Shown here: positions 50,170-61,977 of the stretch, in pieces
Position numbering within the stretch: position 1 is the stretch's first letter
How the letters are laid out: every line of letters starts with the position of its first letter
Source: Carpediemonas membranifera BICM
Taxonomy: Eukaryota; Protista; Fornicata
Length of the DNA stretch: 64,000 nt
Direction of reading: 5' to 3'
NCBI GenBank assembly: GCA_019828565.1
Contig: JAHDYR010000006.1
Span: 371,643 to 435,642 of the forward strand
Position numbers and translations under genes: made by a program
The notes under the pieces: model-generated
The model's database searches: none
Seen by the model: only the letters and a program-made list of their open reading frames with translations
Told to the model about the DNA's origin: nothing

Positions 50170-51405
50170 TTACTGCTCCGACTGTTGAACCACCGACTTG
50201 AAGTTCTCAAGGCAATCGTCACAAAGACGGATCTTGGGAATATTCACGCCGTCAATGACGACCTTCACGGCAGTGGTGCCCATACAGCCCTTGTTACCAC
50301 AGAACCAGTGCCCACACATCCGACAATGATATACCGAGGCGTTCTTCTGGCATGCGAAACAAGTCTTCTCCTGGACACAAGCCTGGCATGTGAACTTCCA
50401 CGAGGACTTCTTTCTGTTGGCTTCTTTCGTCCAGTTGGCAGTCTTTGAACATTTCTCCGGACGAGCAGGCACGCAAACGGAATTGTCATGAAAGTTCCTG
50501 CCGCACTCTCCACACGAGACAAACTTTGACGTGTTGAGATTGCCAACCCAGTCCAAGCTGTGGCAATGGCCGCAACAGAAGGCAAGCATCCTCTTCTGCA
50601 AGTCAAGGAGGTTCTCTCCATCATCGTCAGAGTCTGAATCAGCGGTTACCGGCCGTTCTTTGAGCTGAGAGAGATCTTCCGACATGCGCTGTGTCATGCG
50701 ATGGACGTCATCGAGTAGCATGACGTTACGCTTAGAGATAGACTCAGAGGGTCGAACGGGGTCAACCTTCACCTCCTGCTTCACTTGCGGCACGGAATGG
50801 GGGATTTCTGCTGTCTTGAAAAACGTCTTCGTCCGACCAGTAAATATGTCGGGTGCCGAAAGGTCCACCAGATTAAGGGACAGAGGACGCGAATCAAAAT
50901 TCTGGGGGACGTCCAGGCCAACTCTCGTGAAAATCTTCTTCATCGCGGTCAGAAGCTCCGATCGCACCGGGTTGGGGGCCCGAGAAAGGTTATGAAACAC
51001 TCTCGAAGGAGCCTGATCAGAAATGCCGATGTTGCAGTGGCAAGACTGGGTTGCCCACTCCTTAACATGCCCAATGACAAGCCTACCCTGCGATACAGCC
51101 GTGAGGGACTTGATACCATCAAAGAATGTCGGATCAGGGTGGCAGGGCTGCAAGTACACCGAGATGATGTGATTGTAGGCATTCGCCACCTTACGGACAG
51201 ATAGACCAGTCATATCCGTTCCAAACACATCAACGGTGATGCAAAAGAATGCCTTGAGCATACCAATCATGAGAGCCGACCTGCATTCGCTCTTTGCGGC
51301 GTCATTCCACCTGACCATCGGCTTGCGTTTCTGAGAGTTCGTCTCTCGGGTGTCCGGAGTAGTTCCTTCATTTCCACGCTTCATCTCTAGTTCCGTGGCT
51401 GGCAT
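50170..51405 (-). CDS. PHD/zinc-finger-like protein, paralog of 7757-8977
   Basis: LQKRMLAFCCGHCHSLDW vs YQRKLLFACAVCASPEW; WFC and RLCDDC conserved. Confidence 0.8.
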   Translation of the reverse strand: MPATELEMKRGNEGTTPDTRETNSQKRKPMVRWNDAAKSECRSALMIGMLKAFFCITVDVFGTDMTGLSVRKVANAYNHIISVYLQPCHPDPTFFDGIKSLTAVSQGRLVIGHVKEWATQSCHCNIGISDQAPSRVFHNLSRAPNPVRSELLTAMKKIFTRVGLDVPQNFDSRPLSLNLVDLSAPDIFTGRTKTFFKTAEIPHSVPQVKQEVKVDPVRPSESISKRNVMLLDDVHRMTQRMSEDLSQLKERPVTADSDSDDDGENLLDLQKRMLAFCCGHCHSLDWVGNLNTSKFVSCGECGRNFHDNSVCVPARPEKCSKTANWTKEANRKKSSWKFTCQACVQEKTCFACQKNASVYHCRMCGHWFCGNKGCMGTTAVKVVIDGVNIPKIRLCDDCLENFKSVVQQSEQ

Positions 51406-51470
51406 TAGATGATCTTCTCGAAGTCACGCATTTTTAGGATCTTTAGAATTCTTGAAAGAGCGACTGACAG

Positions 51471-54026
51471 ATGGCGCTTCAACTGAAGTGGAAACTGTCT
51501 AACGGATCTATCTATGCTCCGGAGGGCACTGATGACATCAATACCATCCTTTGCAGCGTCTGGCTCTCGATTGACGCAGTGGATCGCCGTATTAACGGAT
51601 TTGATACCTCCAAACACCAGCAAAGGCTCGAGCTAGCCCGCATCGCGCAGGAACTAATCAATATCGGCGCTGTATCGCGTGAGGCTATTTCTAGCAATCT
51701 CTACCCAGCGCCATCATCCACTAGCATCTCAAAGGAGAAGAAGGCACACCGCTCTGGTCCCAGTCACCTTTACGTTGGTGCATATGTTCTGCATTCTGAT
51801 AGCTTCGGCCTCGAGGCAGAGAATGCTCGTCTACGTAAGCGTATTGCTGACACTGAACGTCTTCTGCAGGTGTCCAACGAGCTCAGGGCCATCACGATCG
51901 GCGTGAATGCAGTCAATGACGAGATTCACATCATGCAAGCCCTTGCACAGAGACTCAACCTTGACATTATCAACATCAATCAGGTCACAAACCAAGTCAA
52001 GTCGCTTCAGTGCAGCATTCGGAACATCGCAGACGTTGAGACCATTGTCAAGTCGCATAGGAACTTGAAAAAGGCCCTAAAGGGCTACATACCCATGGCG
52101 ATCACTCAAGAGACACGAGCAAAGAGGACGGACAAGGATCACCGCGAGTATGACCTCGACCTGATTACCCACGTCGACGCAGACCTCGAACAAGTCAACG
52201 CTACATTCGACGGCGACGACTATAACACTGAAGTGCTCAGAGGTACGACGGTGTGCATCTTCTACGAATCGGCAATGAAGCGAACTGCACATAATGACGT
52301 GATGAAGAGAGCCGGTCTCAACCCGCGTCTCCAGTCTAGCGGCAGGTATTCCCATGTGCAACACGCTGAGTTTGACCTCATGCGGTACTATCGCCAGGCG
52401 GTGGCTTCGCCTATCGATCTCGAGAGGTCAAGGGCTGCTCGTAAGAACGTGGGCAAGCAGTTGACAGCGCAGACTCAAGCTGAAGAGACTCAGACAGTGC
52501 CGCTTGATCTTCTCGTCTGGGTCGATGGATGGCGAGGGTTGACTACATCTGTGAAGGTTCGGTTTATCGATGTCTCCGGCAAAGTCTTCCCGTCAGGCGG
52601 AACACCACCCTTCCGCATACTCGAGTACAACGGACCAGAGAAGCGCATTGGAGAATTCTTCGACTTCATCGAGCGCTCAGTCGAGAGTACCCATCGCGAG
52701 TCACTTGAGGTGAGAAATACCGGTCTCCTGTGCCGTGTCACTCGCGTTATGTTCATCGCAGACCACCCAGCGATGTCAAAAGTCTGTGGAACCTTGATTG
52801 GCGGCAGCTATCCCTCTCCATTCAGCTCGGTACATGCTGACAACAAGGCCTGGAGCCCATTCGGTCTCACCCCACGAAACACGATTGCAGACGTGATGTA
52901 TGCGAAGAAGATGTCTGTTGAGGACAAGACAGTCCTGGATAGAGAGAAGAAGTGGGGGTCGTTCTACAACAAGAAGAATAAGTGCATCATGCCCAGCCTA
53001 TTCGAGAACTCGGATGACCCAACTCTCGATAGGGGCAAAATCTTCCTTGTCCCGCCGATCATGCACCTCAGTCATGACTTCGTCTCCTTGATACACAACA
53101 TTTGTCGGATGTTCAAGCCAATTGAGGTCGACCCAGACTCTACCCCGGAGGAAATCAAGACCAAGAAGGCCAGAAACGCTGACCTCGCCAGGCTGGCTAA
53201 GTTTGAACCTCCCAGTCGCACGACTGGCTGTAATGAGCAAGTGAAGGGGAGGAAGATGATCGCGTCAATTGGAAACGGTCTCTACATGGCATTCCCTCCC
53301 CCCGTTCAGCCACTTTTCAGACTCGTTGCCTACCTGCAAGAGCATTATTACTCTCACGAGGAGGCCACAGATGACATTATCACCTGGCATCGACTGACAG
53401 CGTTGCTTGTTCACCTCTTTTCACTGACAATGTGTCTGAGCACGACCAGCACCGTGTCGGAGTCTATTCCAATCCGGCCGCCGTCTAAGGTAGCCAAGAA
53501 GGCTCCCTCCATCGACACACTTCATGGCTTAGCGCGAGTTGCTGTGTTGCCGGAGATTCAGTCAAAAATCCGAGTCCCACTTGGCCGGATTATTGAGGAG
53601 TCATTCGAGCGCGACTTTATTGGCAATCAGGAAAGTAGAGTACACTTAAGGCGCAACCAGATGGTCCTTGAGAGAACGATATTGAAGGAGCAGGTCGAGT
53701 TGTTTTACCGATTCCTCCGTGGCGTCGTCTCGTATGGGCGACAGTCAACAGACGTTCCCCACCAAATACGTCTGAAGACAATGCGCGTTCATCGCTGCTG
53801 CAAGGACGCCAAACACTGGATCCGTATTCGGAGCGAGGGCACTGGAACATTGGACGAGGGAGACTGTCAGAAACTGTTACCTCTGTTTGAAGGTCAAGTG
53901 GATGGTCTATGGAAGAAGGTGTTGAGGCAGGTAGGGCTCGTGTTTGACGGGCAATGGTTAGACATCGATGTCCATGAGGAAGGAGAGATCTCACTGGATG
54001 TGTGCATCTGTGGCAAGTATGAGTAA
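51471..54026 (+). CDS. Putative DDE transposase of element B
   Basis: LLVWVDGW, TPPFR, FIADHPAMSK, PPIMH, RTTGCNEQ, EESFER, RVHRCC, CICG all shared with 15748-18288. Confidence 0.75.
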   Translation: MALQLKWKLSNGSIYAPEGTDDINTILCSVWLSIDAVDRRINGFDTSKHQQRLELARIAQELINIGAVSREAISSNLYPAPSSTSISKEKKAHRSGPSHLYVGAYVLHSDSFGLEAENARLRKRIADTERLLQVSNELRAITIGVNAVNDEIHIMQALAQRLNLDIININQVTNQVKSLQCSIRNIADVETIVKSHRNLKKALKGYIPMAITQETRAKRTDKDHREYDLDLITHVDADLEQVNATFDGDDYNTEVLRGTTVCIFYESAMKRTAHNDVMKRAGLNPRLQSSGRYSHVQHAEFDLMRYYRQAVASPIDLERSRAARKNVGKQLTAQTQAEETQTVPLDLLVWVDGWRGLTTSVKVRFIDVSGKVFPSGGTPPFRILEYNGPEKRIGEFFDFIERSVESTHRESLEVRNTGLLCRVTRVMFIADHPAMSKVCGTLIGGSYPSPFSSVHADNKAWSPFGLTPRNTIADVMYAKKMSVEDKTVLDREKKWGSFYNKKNKCIMPSLFENSDDPTLDRGKIFLVPPIMHLSHDFVSLIHNICRMFKPIEVDPDSTPEEIKTKKARNADLARLAKFEPPSRTTGCNEQVKGRKMIASIGNGLYMAFPPPVQPLFRLVAYLQEHYYSHEEATDDIITWHRLTALLVHLFSLTMCLSTTSTVSESIPIRPPSKVAKKAPSIDTLHGLARVAVLPEIQSKIRVPLGRIIEESFERDFIGNQESRVHLRRNQMVLERTILKEQVELFYRFLRGVVSYGRQSTDVPHQIRLKTMRVHRCCKDAKHWIRIRSEGTGTLDEGDCQKLLPLFEGQVDGLWKKVLRQVGLVFDGQWLDIDVHEEGEISLDVCICGKYE

Positions 54027-54487
54027 AGAATGAAAACATGATTGGTAGTTATAGATCGCGAGAATAGGCATTCTCATCTGCATTGCGGAGAAAAGGAGTT
54101 GATGTTGTTAGTGATTTTCTAGAGTACAGCACCAGTTTCGGTAATAGGGGGACAAACGAGCGCAAACAACTACATGGCTCCGAACTACACGCGTTTCGGC
54201 GTTGATATTGGTTATTAAATGCACTGCTGGTAGCATATTGAGGGATTTCGTCATTGTACTCGAATGCACAAGTGTGCATTTTATGCTCGCAACGAGATTA
54301 AAATGGCGAACTTAAGACCCAAGACACATGCCGCGTACGAGGAAGGATATCATCTCCGGCGAACTGGAATTTACCTCGTTCATTTACTTCTGATGCCTTT
54401 TCTGCTCTCTTCTCCAGCACCTCTGCCATCTCGAGACCTGTCAGCAGCATTGATCTCATTCCTGCATCACAGAAAGTATCAATCTCT

Positions 54488-55783
54488 TTACGTCCGCTCA
54501 ATCATCGCAATAAACTGCCTGTGCAGTCTTCCGCGCACACCTTTTGCGCACTTATTGGTGCTCACCTGCCTGTATCCCTTGTGGCATGTGTCACAGCTGA
54601 CGTTCTCGCGTCCATGAAGGTCTCTACCACACACTATGCAGCGCCGATAGAAGACTTGACCCTCAAACCCTCGCTGACAGCAGTCGGTCAGTCTCTTTCG
54701 CTGAGCTGCAGACAGGGTGACCTCTTCTGTATCATCTAACAGAAGCGGACTCGGCTTGGCGACGCATTCATGCACGCGCATGATGACCTTGAGCTTGTCA
54801 AGACATTCGGCAGCAGTGGGACGCTTCGCAGGGTCGAAGTGGAGCATCTGCATTGCCAGGTCGTACAGGCTGAGACAAGTAGGTGGCGTGGTGCCGCGAA
54901 TCGGGAGCTCAGAGTTCACGTTGACACACTCGAGGCAATCTTTGAAATGTGTCTGTGCCTGAGGTGACAACTGCAACTGCCCACCATAGAATTGGCACCA
55001 GTTCAGCAAGCTACCAAGCTTCAGCATCTTCTTCTTCTTCTTGTTGTCGATCTGCGCCATGTTTGCACCCATGTCAGTCACCTTCGCGGCAAAGGGGGAC
55101 TTGGGGAGACCGTAAAAGAGCATCAAAATGACTACACCGCAAGAGTAAATGTCCGATGCAGGTGTCACGACATAAGAAGTGACGGAAAGAGCCCCTGCCG
55201 TCATGCGCGCGAGCTTGGAGGTGTCGCGTGCAGCAGTAATCACTGAGCGCGAGACAAGGTACTCGTAGAACAGCTCTGGGGGCAAATATCCATGGGTGCC
55301 GCGATACTCGGATACAAATCTCAGTTGTATGGCCCACCTGTCGTCGCCATTAGCCGGCTTCCTCATTGCAGACCCAAAATCAATGAGGTATCCCTTCTGA
55401 CTCTTGCTGAAGAGGAAGTTGTCTGGCTTAATATCGCAATGGACAACCCCGTGGTCATGCATGTAGCATACTGCCTGCAGCAGATGCGAAACATAGCGGA
55501 ACTGCACGCTGGAGTGAGCCTGGCAGATGTCAGCGAAGGGGGTACAGTTGACCAAAGGAGCCATGAAGGCTGGATCACGGTCGACAAAACCTGTATCGAC
55601 GACAGGGAGGACATGCGGACTGTCCTTGAGCGCTAGCAGGGTGGGAACCTCCATATCATAATGCTCATCAACTTTGATCACGACCTGCAGCTTTTCAGGT
55701 TCAAAGTCGTGCAGATATTGTCTACTATTACCAGGTAAGGAAGTAAGTCGCTCCAGCTTGTCGCTATCTAGCTCGAACACCAT
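54488..55783 (-). CDS. Ser/Thr protein kinase with Cys-rich tail
   Basis: VVIK, HCDIKPDN, LIDFG, GTHGYLPPE, DIYSCG, KRPTAAECL. Confidence 0.92.
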   Translation of the reverse strand: MVFELDSDKLERLTSLPGNSRQYLHDFEPEKLQVVIKVDEHYDMEVPTLLALKDSPHVLPVVDTGFVDRDPAFMAPLVNCTPFADICQAHSSVQFRYVSHLLQAVCYMHDHGVVHCDIKPDNFLFSKSQKGYLIDFGSAMRKPANGDDRWAIQLRFVSEYRGTHGYLPPELFYEYLVSRSVITAARDTSKLARMTAGALSVTSYVVTPASDIYSCGVVILMLFYGLPKSPFAAKVTDMGANMAQIDNKKKKKMLKLGSLLNWCQFYGGQLQLSPQAQTHFKDCLECVNVNSELPIRGTTPPTCLSLYDLAMQMLHFDPAKRPTAAECLDKLKVIMRVHECVAKPSPLLLDDTEEVTLSAAQRKRLTDCCQRGFEGQVFYRRCIVCGRDLHGRENVSCDTCHKGYRQVSTNKCAKGVRGRLHRQFIAMIERT

Positions 55784-55947
55784 GCACAGGTAGCTGTGTG
55801 AAAATTGGTCTTAAAGTGCATTTCGCGACAGCTAGCTGTGCGTCGCAACGAGAGAAGTAGCAGTGGAAAACAAGACAGGACTGGCTTATGAATGGTGTTT
55901 ATGGACATCAGCTATGCTCCAATCATAAACTCTTCCTCTTTACAATG

Positions 55948-57180
55948 TCAGATGAAGGAAAAGACGATACTGTCGGCAGTATCGCTCTCTGAGCGCTCCT
56001 CATCAATCACGTTCTCTTGAATCTCCCCATCACCATCTCTGCCCGCCACCTCCCCGCCATGCTCGTCGTGGTCGATCTTTGGTTCCTCATCGGCACTCTT
56101 GCATAAGTCCACCTCCTCACCAAAGGCGCTCTCCTCGCGAGCTGGCACCTCGTAGTGCATCCACTCTGCCTGGTAAGCTGGCTCGTCGGACACCGCCTCC
56201 TCGTCAGTATCGCCCTCTCTCTCGCCCTCTGGCATCTCTGTCTCGCGAGTCGGCGAGCCGAACTCCGCCTCCTTGTCAGCCTCGCTTTGCCTCTCTTTCT
56301 TCTTAGTATCGTGAAGCTCGATCATTCTGGCCTTGAGCCTGTTGTAAAGCCAGTCATCGAGCATCGGCGGCACCAGGTCGGCAGAGCTTCGGATCTCCGG
56401 GTTGAGATCGAGGATCGTTGGGCGCCGCGTGGTCGTTAAGTGACTGGACGCCAACTGGTGCCTGAACTGCTCATCGGTCAGGCTGATGCGCTTGTCCTTA
56501 ATGACCTTCTGAGGCTTCTCCTGCGGTCTGCCGCGGCGCTCTAGCGTGCCGATAGACTGCATCCTATCGGTGGACACGTCGATCCGCTGCGCAAAGCGAA
56601 GCATGCGAACCGTCAACCCCTGAACCTTGAGCGCCTCCGATACAGCACTGGCCTGCGGGAATCCCGATTTGAGCGTGCCAAAGCCCATCCAGCTCGGGCA
56701 CGAGGTAAGGTCTATCGCATCGGGGAGATTACCTTGGAGATACGAATACTCCCAGCCCGTCTGGTTGAGCAGAATGGCAATGGCGCCATACGGGCTGGGG
56801 AGACTCTCAACTGATGCAGGCGACACCTCTTCCTCCTCTTTCCAGGACAACGGCTTCGCGGGATGTGGCAAGTCGAAGTTCCGGAAAGACTGAACAGCCG
56901 AAACGATCCTCTTAGCCATAGCAGGCGTCTTTGTAGCGAAATAATGCGCCAAATAAGTCGTAACGTTGTCGCTTCGGACAATCTCGATGCCCTTCTGCAT
57001 TTCAGCGCCTGTTTCCTGGCAAATGCTGGCCAAAACGTCCTCCAGGTGCTTCTTGTACACACTACGCGTCTTCACTGAACCTCTATCAGACCAGCGCTTA
57101 ACAATATCGTCGTTATTTGCAGCTAGAACCTCCATAACACGAGTTTTCTGTTGGTATTGCAATTTCAGAATTTCGTACAT
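55948..57180 (-). CDS. Possible degenerate tyrosine-recombinase-like DNA-binding protein with acidic tail; candidate intron 57148-57182
   Basis: KTRSVYKKHL..VTTYL..IVSAVQSF (core-binding-like); LLNQTGWEYS (box I lacking Arg); VRMLR. Confidence 0.4.
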   Translation of the reverse strand: MYEILKLQYQQKTRVMEVLAANNDDIVKRWSDRGSVKTRSVYKKHLEDVLASICQETGAEMQKGIEIVRSDNVTTYLAHYFATKTPAMAKRIVSAVQSFRNFDLPHPAKPLSWKEEEEVSPASVESLPSPYGAIAILLNQTGWEYSYLQGNLPDAIDLTSCPSWMGFGTLKSGFPQASAVSEALKVQGLTVRMLRFAQRIDVSTDRMQSIGTLERRGRPQEKPQKVIKDKRISLTDEQFRHQLASSHLTTTRRPTILDLNPEIRSSADLVPPMLDDWLYNRLKARMIELHDTKKKERQSEADKEAEFGSPTRETEMPEGEREGDTDEEAVSDEPAYQAEWMHYEVPAREESAFGEEVDLCKSADEEPKIDHDEHGGEVAGRDGDGEIQENVIDEERSESDTADSIVFSFI

Positions 57181-58376
57181 ACAAAATTATCAAATACTTG
57201 GATTCGACCTAAACTTGGCTCAGATCCGCAATCCTGAGCTGGAGTGGGTTCATGGGAACTTTTTAAAATTTTAAAGTAGTCATGAACATCCAAATTCTAA
57301 GACAATCTCCGGTACTGGAAGTAATTCTGAAATAGCAATACCAACACAAGTTATATTTCTGAAAACCGAATACACGGTGATACTGTTATCTATTAGCTCC
57401 AGTAGGGACCCAGGCCAGGTTTTGTACACCCTACCCGCTTGCCTCGGAATTCGGACATGCCGAAATTCTGAAATTCGAATACCACCGCCCATTTTTGACG
57501 TATGAGATCAGTATCCCATGCCAAACCTCAGGACGGCATTCGTGTACCTTTTCCTGCCCTGTATCCATTATATAACCACCCAATTTCCTTTCACAATGTG
57601 CACTTTATGCTCGCAACGAGACTGAAATGGCGAACTTAAGAATAGAAAGAATACTGGCAGCTTTAACGTAGTAGGCATGCACATATCACTAAGAAACATC
57701 AGTAAGCGAGCGCAGAGCATCATTAAAGCAACAATTATCCCTAAACAACATCAACAACTATAAGTCCATCAGGACCAAACAATATGAACTATAAATGGAG
57801 CACTGATCAGTATAGATGATTTGAGAGTACCAGGCATGGCCAGAATACCGTAATTATCGTCCGTTGATCCACGTGACCTCCATCTTGGTCGGTATCCAGA
57901 GAACGCCCGTCAGACGCTTGCAACGGAACATTTAGGGGGAGCATCCTGAATGGGGCCAGATTTGAGGGACCCTTGGTCTGACATGTCATGACCGAGTACT
58001 CTAGGGGCCTCCACAGTGCGTCCCGAGGTACGTTATAGCACCACAGACCTTCCCCCAAAAGCTGACTCCTGGACCCCTTGGCCGGAGCTCGCCCGAAGCG
58101 TGCCTCGGCTTGAACTAACGGCAAGAGAGCATAAAATCAGCCCTTTCGAACCGTGTTTTATGCTCTGCTGCCGTTATAGAATTATTCAAAGGGCCCTCTC
58201 TTTGCGCTTTTTTCTGGTTCGTGGGACGAAGTAGGGACGGACAAAAAAGCACATACGGAAGGTATTGGAGGTACTGAGGCCGCCTAGGTACATAGTTGCC
58301 GTGTGGATGGTTTCAGTTTATTACTTTTGGCACTCTATGTCCATTTTTTTATGCTCTCTTGCTGATAGTGCCGAAA

Positions 58377-60549
58377 ATGGACTTGCTAAAGTGGATTGAG
58401 AGCGCTAGCAAGGAACAGTACGATGCGATATTGGCTGCATACACCAAGGCAACCACCAATCATGCCAAATGTGCTGTTCTTCGCGCGGTTTTGCTGGATG
58501 AACGGAAACTGCTCGATCTAGTGATCAGGAAGCGTTTGTAGTCATAGCAATGCTTATATAGGAATCAACCTGAACCATATCACCACGAAATTCCGCCTCA
58601 CGAAGGACGAGAAGGAGGAGCTCCAGGATAAGTTGAAGAAGCAGTTTATGGCACTCGCCGGACCAAGAAGTTCCAAGAAGCCCGGCGCGCTGGCGAAGTG
58701 GGTTGACGACAACCAGGCTGATATCGTGTATAGCCAGGAGAAGCGCAAGGCGCGTAAGGCCATTATTGAGGCCATTGACGCCGAGGAGAAGGACAAGGGC
58801 AAGGGCAAGGCCGAGAGCGCTAAGAAAGAACCCGTCGACGATGAGAGTGGCGTGGACAGTGGTGAAGAGAGCGGCGTCGACGATTCTGAGTTGTGCGACA
58901 GTGAGAGTGAGGTGGACTTTGACAACGAGTCCGACGATGAGATTAGAGAACGCGCGATCAAGCGCCGGCGCGAGAGAAAGATCGCCCAGAAGCTCAAGGA
59001 GTGGGAGGACAATAACGCTCGCAACTACGTCCTGTGGCATAGAGTCCAGAAGGAGGTGCACGGCGAGCTTCGCATTCGCGCCTCTCGAGAGTCAGCTGCG
59101 GTTGCTGGGGACAACCACGTCGACGTCCAGTTCGACAGATACCTTCGCGTATCCAAGCTGCTCGAAATGAAGGACTGGATTCACAAAGACCTCCCATCTC
59201 TTCCGATGGAGGCACGAGTGCTCCATCACAAGGCGCAGAAGAGAGTACTCGAGCTGGAGGAGACCGTCACGAGGCTGCTGCAAGACGTGGGGTACGCAGC
59301 TGACATCTCCATGGGTGCCAGCCCGACACCCGCGCCGTTTCGCCGCGACCTACCCCAGTCGGGCACACACCAAGCACGAACGAGTACCCCCCGCCGTACG
59401 GGGAAGAGCGACACAATCCACATGAAGCGCAAGGCCCTCATGACAATCCCTCAGAAGATCGCTGATGTCGATAACAACTCAGAGGAGTCAGACGAGGAGG
59501 AGATGGTGACAGAGGAGAAGAAGCGCGAGGCACACGAGGAGCTGGTGACAGAGGAGAGGAAGGGTGAGTCACATGAGGAGGACGTGACCAAATGCGACGC
59601 CTGCATCCAGGCTGAGCCCGAGAAGGCCAGGCCAGAGGACTCGGAGGAGGAGTCAGAGGAGGAAGAGGAGCCAGTGGAGGAGGGTGAGGCAGAGGAGGAG
59701 GAGCAGGAGGACGAGATGGCTGAGTCAGAGGTGAATGCAGAGTCAGAGGAGAAGCGTGAGGCAGATAAGGAGCAAGAGGCAGACAACGAGGTGGCATTCG
59801 AGGCTGAGTCGGACGTTGAATATGTCCAGGTCGACCACGTCGACCCAGCTTCCGAGCAGATGAGGAGCAGGGAAGTCAAGTTTAGAGTTGACGTCGCCAA
59901 TCAGCTGGAGAAGAGCAAGCAGTGGGTCAGATACAAAACCCTGCCCCACGGCAACTGTATAACACACTGCCTCATGATGATCGAGGGCGTCACGGAGCCT
60001 CATGCGTTCAAGAGCTGGGAGACGATGACGAATGAAGAGCAGTGTGCAGCGGAGACGAAGGCGGACAACTACCGCGAGCAGATATACAAGGAAGCGATAG
60101 AGATGAACCGGCGGGCCACTCCGGGGTACAGGCGGCCCGAGGAGGGTCTCCGGGACGAACTTTTCCATGAAGTGTGCAGTGTACACACTGTCACGGAGGA
60201 GGGCAACATCGGTAAGCCAATCATGCAGGAGAAGTGGTTAACTCAGTGGGCTGTTGAAGCCTGGTGCTCAATGACTGGAAAGTCCGTTGCATACCTCCAT
60301 GTTGTCCGGGATTTTGACCCAAAGATCGATCCAGTCGTCGGCATGTACGTTTTTAGCAAGTCTGAGGAGGGCAAGGTGACACATGTCGCGTTTAAGCCCA
60401 ACGAAAACGGCCAGAGCGCCCTGGCGTGTTTTGCCCAACAGTGTCGCGAGTGGGAAATCGAGTATGCGGTCGAAGTGACAAGGGGACACGCCACTCTGCG
60501 CAAGGTTCCTCCCGGGCTGAAGAGGAGGAGATGGTCAGTGAAGAAGTAA
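58377..60549 (+). CDS. Acidic protein with C-terminal OTU-like domain, paralog of 45151-47326; intron 58534-58561
   Basis: TLPHGNCITHCL, WAVEAWC, GHATL; 28-nt GTTTGT..TATAG intron joins frames (IRKRINLN). Confidence 0.75.
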
Positions 60550-60958
60550 GAGTAAAGGATTGATATACCGACCGTATCGCTTATGTTTATGTGACTTTGA
60601 GGTTGATTCGCGGTTTGTAGGGGGTATGGTGCTATATTACTCAGCCTGCTGTATATGTCTAGTCTACAGCCTGTATGCAGCTGTCTGTGGTGGTAAATAT
60701 CGTCGGCTGGCCGAGAAAGCATAAACTGCACACTTGTGCATTCGAGTACAATGACGAAATCCCTCAATATGCTACCAGCAGTGCATTTAATAACCAATAT
60801 CAACGCCGAGACGCGTGTAGTTCGGAGCCATGTAGTTGTTTGCGCTCGTCTGTCCCCCTATTACCGAAACTGGTGCTGTACTCTAGAAAATCACTAACAA
60901 CATCAATATCGAGCTAGAAGGCGATGTAAAGAGCCTCATTGGACAATATTATCTTGAT

Positions 60959-61804
60959 TTACTCCTCAGAAACGTCACGCTCGGGTTCCCGACGCCTGAA
61001 AAGATTGTTCTGAATTTCCCCGGTTGTACGACCCCGCCCAGAGAAGGTTATCTCCCGTCGCACGCCCACAAACCCCGAGGTTTCCCCAGCCTCCAGCTCA
61101 CGCAACGTATCGGTCAGCGGAACGGTGACAGGCACAGGATACCCGATCCACTTGACAAGGCAGCGACGATTGGCATAGTCCTTGATCTGGACACTCTCGA
61201 CGGCATAGTCAAGGCTCGTGTCGGTTAACTGGAGGAACTTTTCAGGGCTGCCGAACGTGAATCTATCAACGTCGTCAGCAACGGCCCGAAGCAGCGGCTC
61301 ATAGATCTCACCATCTAAAACGCCAGTAATACGAGCCTCCGTCATGATGACCCAGACACTGGGGTTGCGCTCACCCACCCATGCGGCAAGGCGATCCAAC
61401 TCAGTAAAAGTCGGGAAGACACACGCGGTATCGAGGAAATCGTCTAGAGTCGGTGTCTTGTGCTTGGCCCTGACCATGTTAGCGAAGACTGACTGGTGTA
61501 GCGGGGTCACGAGCCTCTCATGAACGCGCAGAGTCGCTATTGCTGCCTCCTCGTTGAATGTGGCGTTGGAGTTCATGCCAAACAACATGCTCTGCACGTT
61601 GTACTGGATCGAAGCGCTGTAGCGGTCAGCACAGAGCCTCAGTGTGCTCGTTACCCACTTCTTACCCGCGGGAGACTGCGCGAAAGCAAGAATGACAGCT
61701 TTCCGGACCTTTTCCTTCTGAATCGTGATGGAATTGATCTTAAGAGACTCAATAGACTTCATCTCCTTCAGAGCAACCAGTTGATACGCAATATCCAGTT
61801 CCAT
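60959..61804 (-). CDS. 281-aa protein with chromodomain-like C-terminus
   Basis: DYAVESV..RCLVKWIGYP. Confidence 0.6.
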   Translation of the reverse strand: MELDIAYQLVALKEMKSIESLKINSITIQKEKVRKAVILAFAQSPAGKKWVTSTLRLCADRYSASIQYNVQSMLFGMNSNATFNEEAAIATLRVHERLVTPLHQSVFANMVRAKHKTPTLDDFLDTACVFPTFTELDRLAAWVGERNPSVWVIMTEARITGVLDGEIYEPLLRAVADDVDRFTFGSPEKFLQLTDTSLDYAVESVQIKDYANRRCLVKWIGYPVPVTVPLTDTLRELEAGETSGFVGVRREITFSGRGRTTGEIQNNLFRRREPERDVSEE

Positions 61805-61977
61805 CGAGCGTCAGGGATCAATGAAAATTGTCGGAAGCCGATTTTCGGAAAATTCTAGATCTTTTTGGGTGACATCGGGGATGTGGGCGCCAAGCACGAG
61901 GATCCCAGTGATGATGGGCCAGGTAGAAGGACCCTTGAACTTTTGAAAGCAATGAATTGTTGGGATCTCAATTTAGG

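Larger units (their letters stand above)
54099..60906. repeat. 189-bp inverted repeat pair (54099-54287 / 60718-60906) plus a 45-bp direct repeat (54273-54317 / 57597-57641)
   Basis: Direct comparison, only a few mismatches. Confidence 0.9.

Noticed and set aside
57161-57475. 15-bp inverted repeat aatttcagaatttcg/cgaaattctgaaatt as MITE ends
   Set aside because: AT-rich, no TSD, one arm lies in a candidate intron
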